The notes beneath the pieces were generated by a model, which saw only the letters and a program-made list of their open reading frames with translations, was not told where the DNA came from and did not search any database. Positions 62,301 through 64,000 of a stretch of DNA of 64,000 bases are shown in pieces (positions within the stretch are counted from its first letter, which is position 1; each line of letters starts with the position of its first letter). The translations under genes were made by a program, and so were the position numbers. Origin of the DNA: Epiperipatus broadwayi (taxonomy: Eukaryota > Animalia > Onychophora); the NCBI GenBank assembly GCA_028023455.1, contig JAQFVV010000001.1, forward strand, positions 12,090,001-12,154,000. The letters run 5' to 3'.

Positions 62301-64000
62301 AATTCACATCCCAGTTTCCCCTCCTTTCCTTGATATCTTAGATTTCTGCTCTTGCAACAAAGACTGTAGTAAGTTCCTCTACTGTTATTATTCATAGGTT
62401 TATATTACATATATGTTTATATAAGTCTAACCCATTTTTATTTATTTATTCATTTTCCATATTTCTACTTCTTTTTTTCTACTAACTAAATTATTCTTTT
62501 CTTCCATTTCACATGATTAGATAACTATAATATATTCTTTACACATTTGCCCTACTTCTCGTACAAACATAGAAATAAATCTATTTTACCTTTATAATCC
62601 ATGGTGTTATAAACTTTACTCCATAATCACATTAAATATTATTGCTACTAATTTTTCATATATTGTAATTTTCAAAACTTTTAAAATTTTCTCATTAAAA
62701 AAAGTCCACATCATTTTTTCATGAATAGCCTTAATTACTGTTCATAATTCACCACCCAATGCATATTTATTTACCTTTTTTTTAAAAATTTTATTAAGAA
62801 TTTCTGAGACTTCGAACTAATACACAATACCTTATTTCCAAATGTTAAAACAAATCATCCCATTTAAAATTATTTTACATAATAGATTTGTAATCAATTC
62901 CATACTTTTTGTTTGTAACTGTCTATATAATTCCTTTTCCCATTTAGTACAAAAAAAAAAGTGACTAACTCAATCAAACAAAAATCAATTTACCATTTGG
63001 TCAATTAATTATATCAAACATATATTTCCATATTAATAAGCTAATAAATATTGAAATTAGCAAAATATCAATATGTGCCAACACACAATCATTAAAATCC
63101 ACTTTCTAAGTTAAGCACTATAAATATGAGATACAATGCACTGCATGGAGTCAAAAGTATTTTTTTTGAGTCTAGATATCTGTAGATTATAAATGTTGTG
63201 AATACTTTCAGTTTCAACTCCTTATTAAAAAGATATATCTTATTCCCACTATTTATATATTTGGCTACAAAATATATTTCATTAAGTAATGAAGATATTT
63301 CTTAATGTGAGAGATACTGTACCATGCATAATTATATGAATGTTATTATTACATATCTTATCTAAAGACTTTCTATACATCAGAACCATTTTTTTTTTCT
63401 CTTTAGAATAACTTTCCAACATATATAAAGAAAAATACTTTAGCATATTTAATGCTTTTAATTGTAGTTACACTTTTCTCCCATATTATCAGTAAAAAGT
63501 GGGATAGTTTCTTCATGAATAATTTTATAAACAATGCATTGAGATAATGATTTAAAAAGTCTGTTACAAGAATTTTTTCAGTTATTCATTCAATACTAGT
63601 TGATAAAAAGCATATCTAGATATTGTTAACTAGAGGTAAAACAAGAAAGGAGCCTACAATTGGCAAGCTTGGTGAAGTATATTTTCTTTCACTTTTCCTA
63701 CAAGAGATTGTTGAGAAACCTAGCAGTGTCTTTTATTTTTTATCAATAAACTATATCACATTATAATTTTGCAAATATTGATCCAAACTGAATAAAGAAA
63801 TTATCTCAAAACGTTAGTCTTCTAACTAACAATACTTAGATAATATCAAGTTACTATTTGAATGACTATCCATTCTATATTAATTATTTTTCGTCAGATA
63901 GCTTAGCTGAAAAAACCATCACACTATAGTAGTCATAAAAAAAAAAAAAACATACAAAACTATTCAAACTTGTGAATTTGAAAGCAACAGAAAAAAAAAA

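Overview
Very AT-rich eukaryotic DNA, probably from an arthropod (inferred from composition and TE content), with no prokaryotic features. It is dominated by transposons: a Penelope-like element (PLE) with an uninterrupted RT+GIY-YIG frame at the left edge, a complete but broken Gypsy LTR element (24605-29296), three RTE LINE copies, decayed CR1/RTE relics, tRNA-derived SINEs and several non-autonomous DNA transposons. Two of these belong to one GG-terminal, 8-bp-TSD family carrying internal ~115-bp tandem arrays. Scattered minus-strand exon candidates suggest one or two unidentified host genes; these models are manual and tentative. Main discovery: three apparently unrelated non-coding repeat families (A, B, C; unit lengths about 441, 419 and 407 bp), each carrying a minimal type I hammerhead ribozyme (HHR) with a palindromic helix III loop. 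They occur as partial tandem arrays and head-to-head inverted composites. Two composites have 12-17 bp target-site duplications, and one junction maps exactly to the predicted cleavage site. The PLE carries a degenerate HHR of the same type. This looks like a retrozyme-like or non-autonomous PLE-mobilised ribozyme repeat system. All alignments, translations and counts were done by eye and no database was searched.
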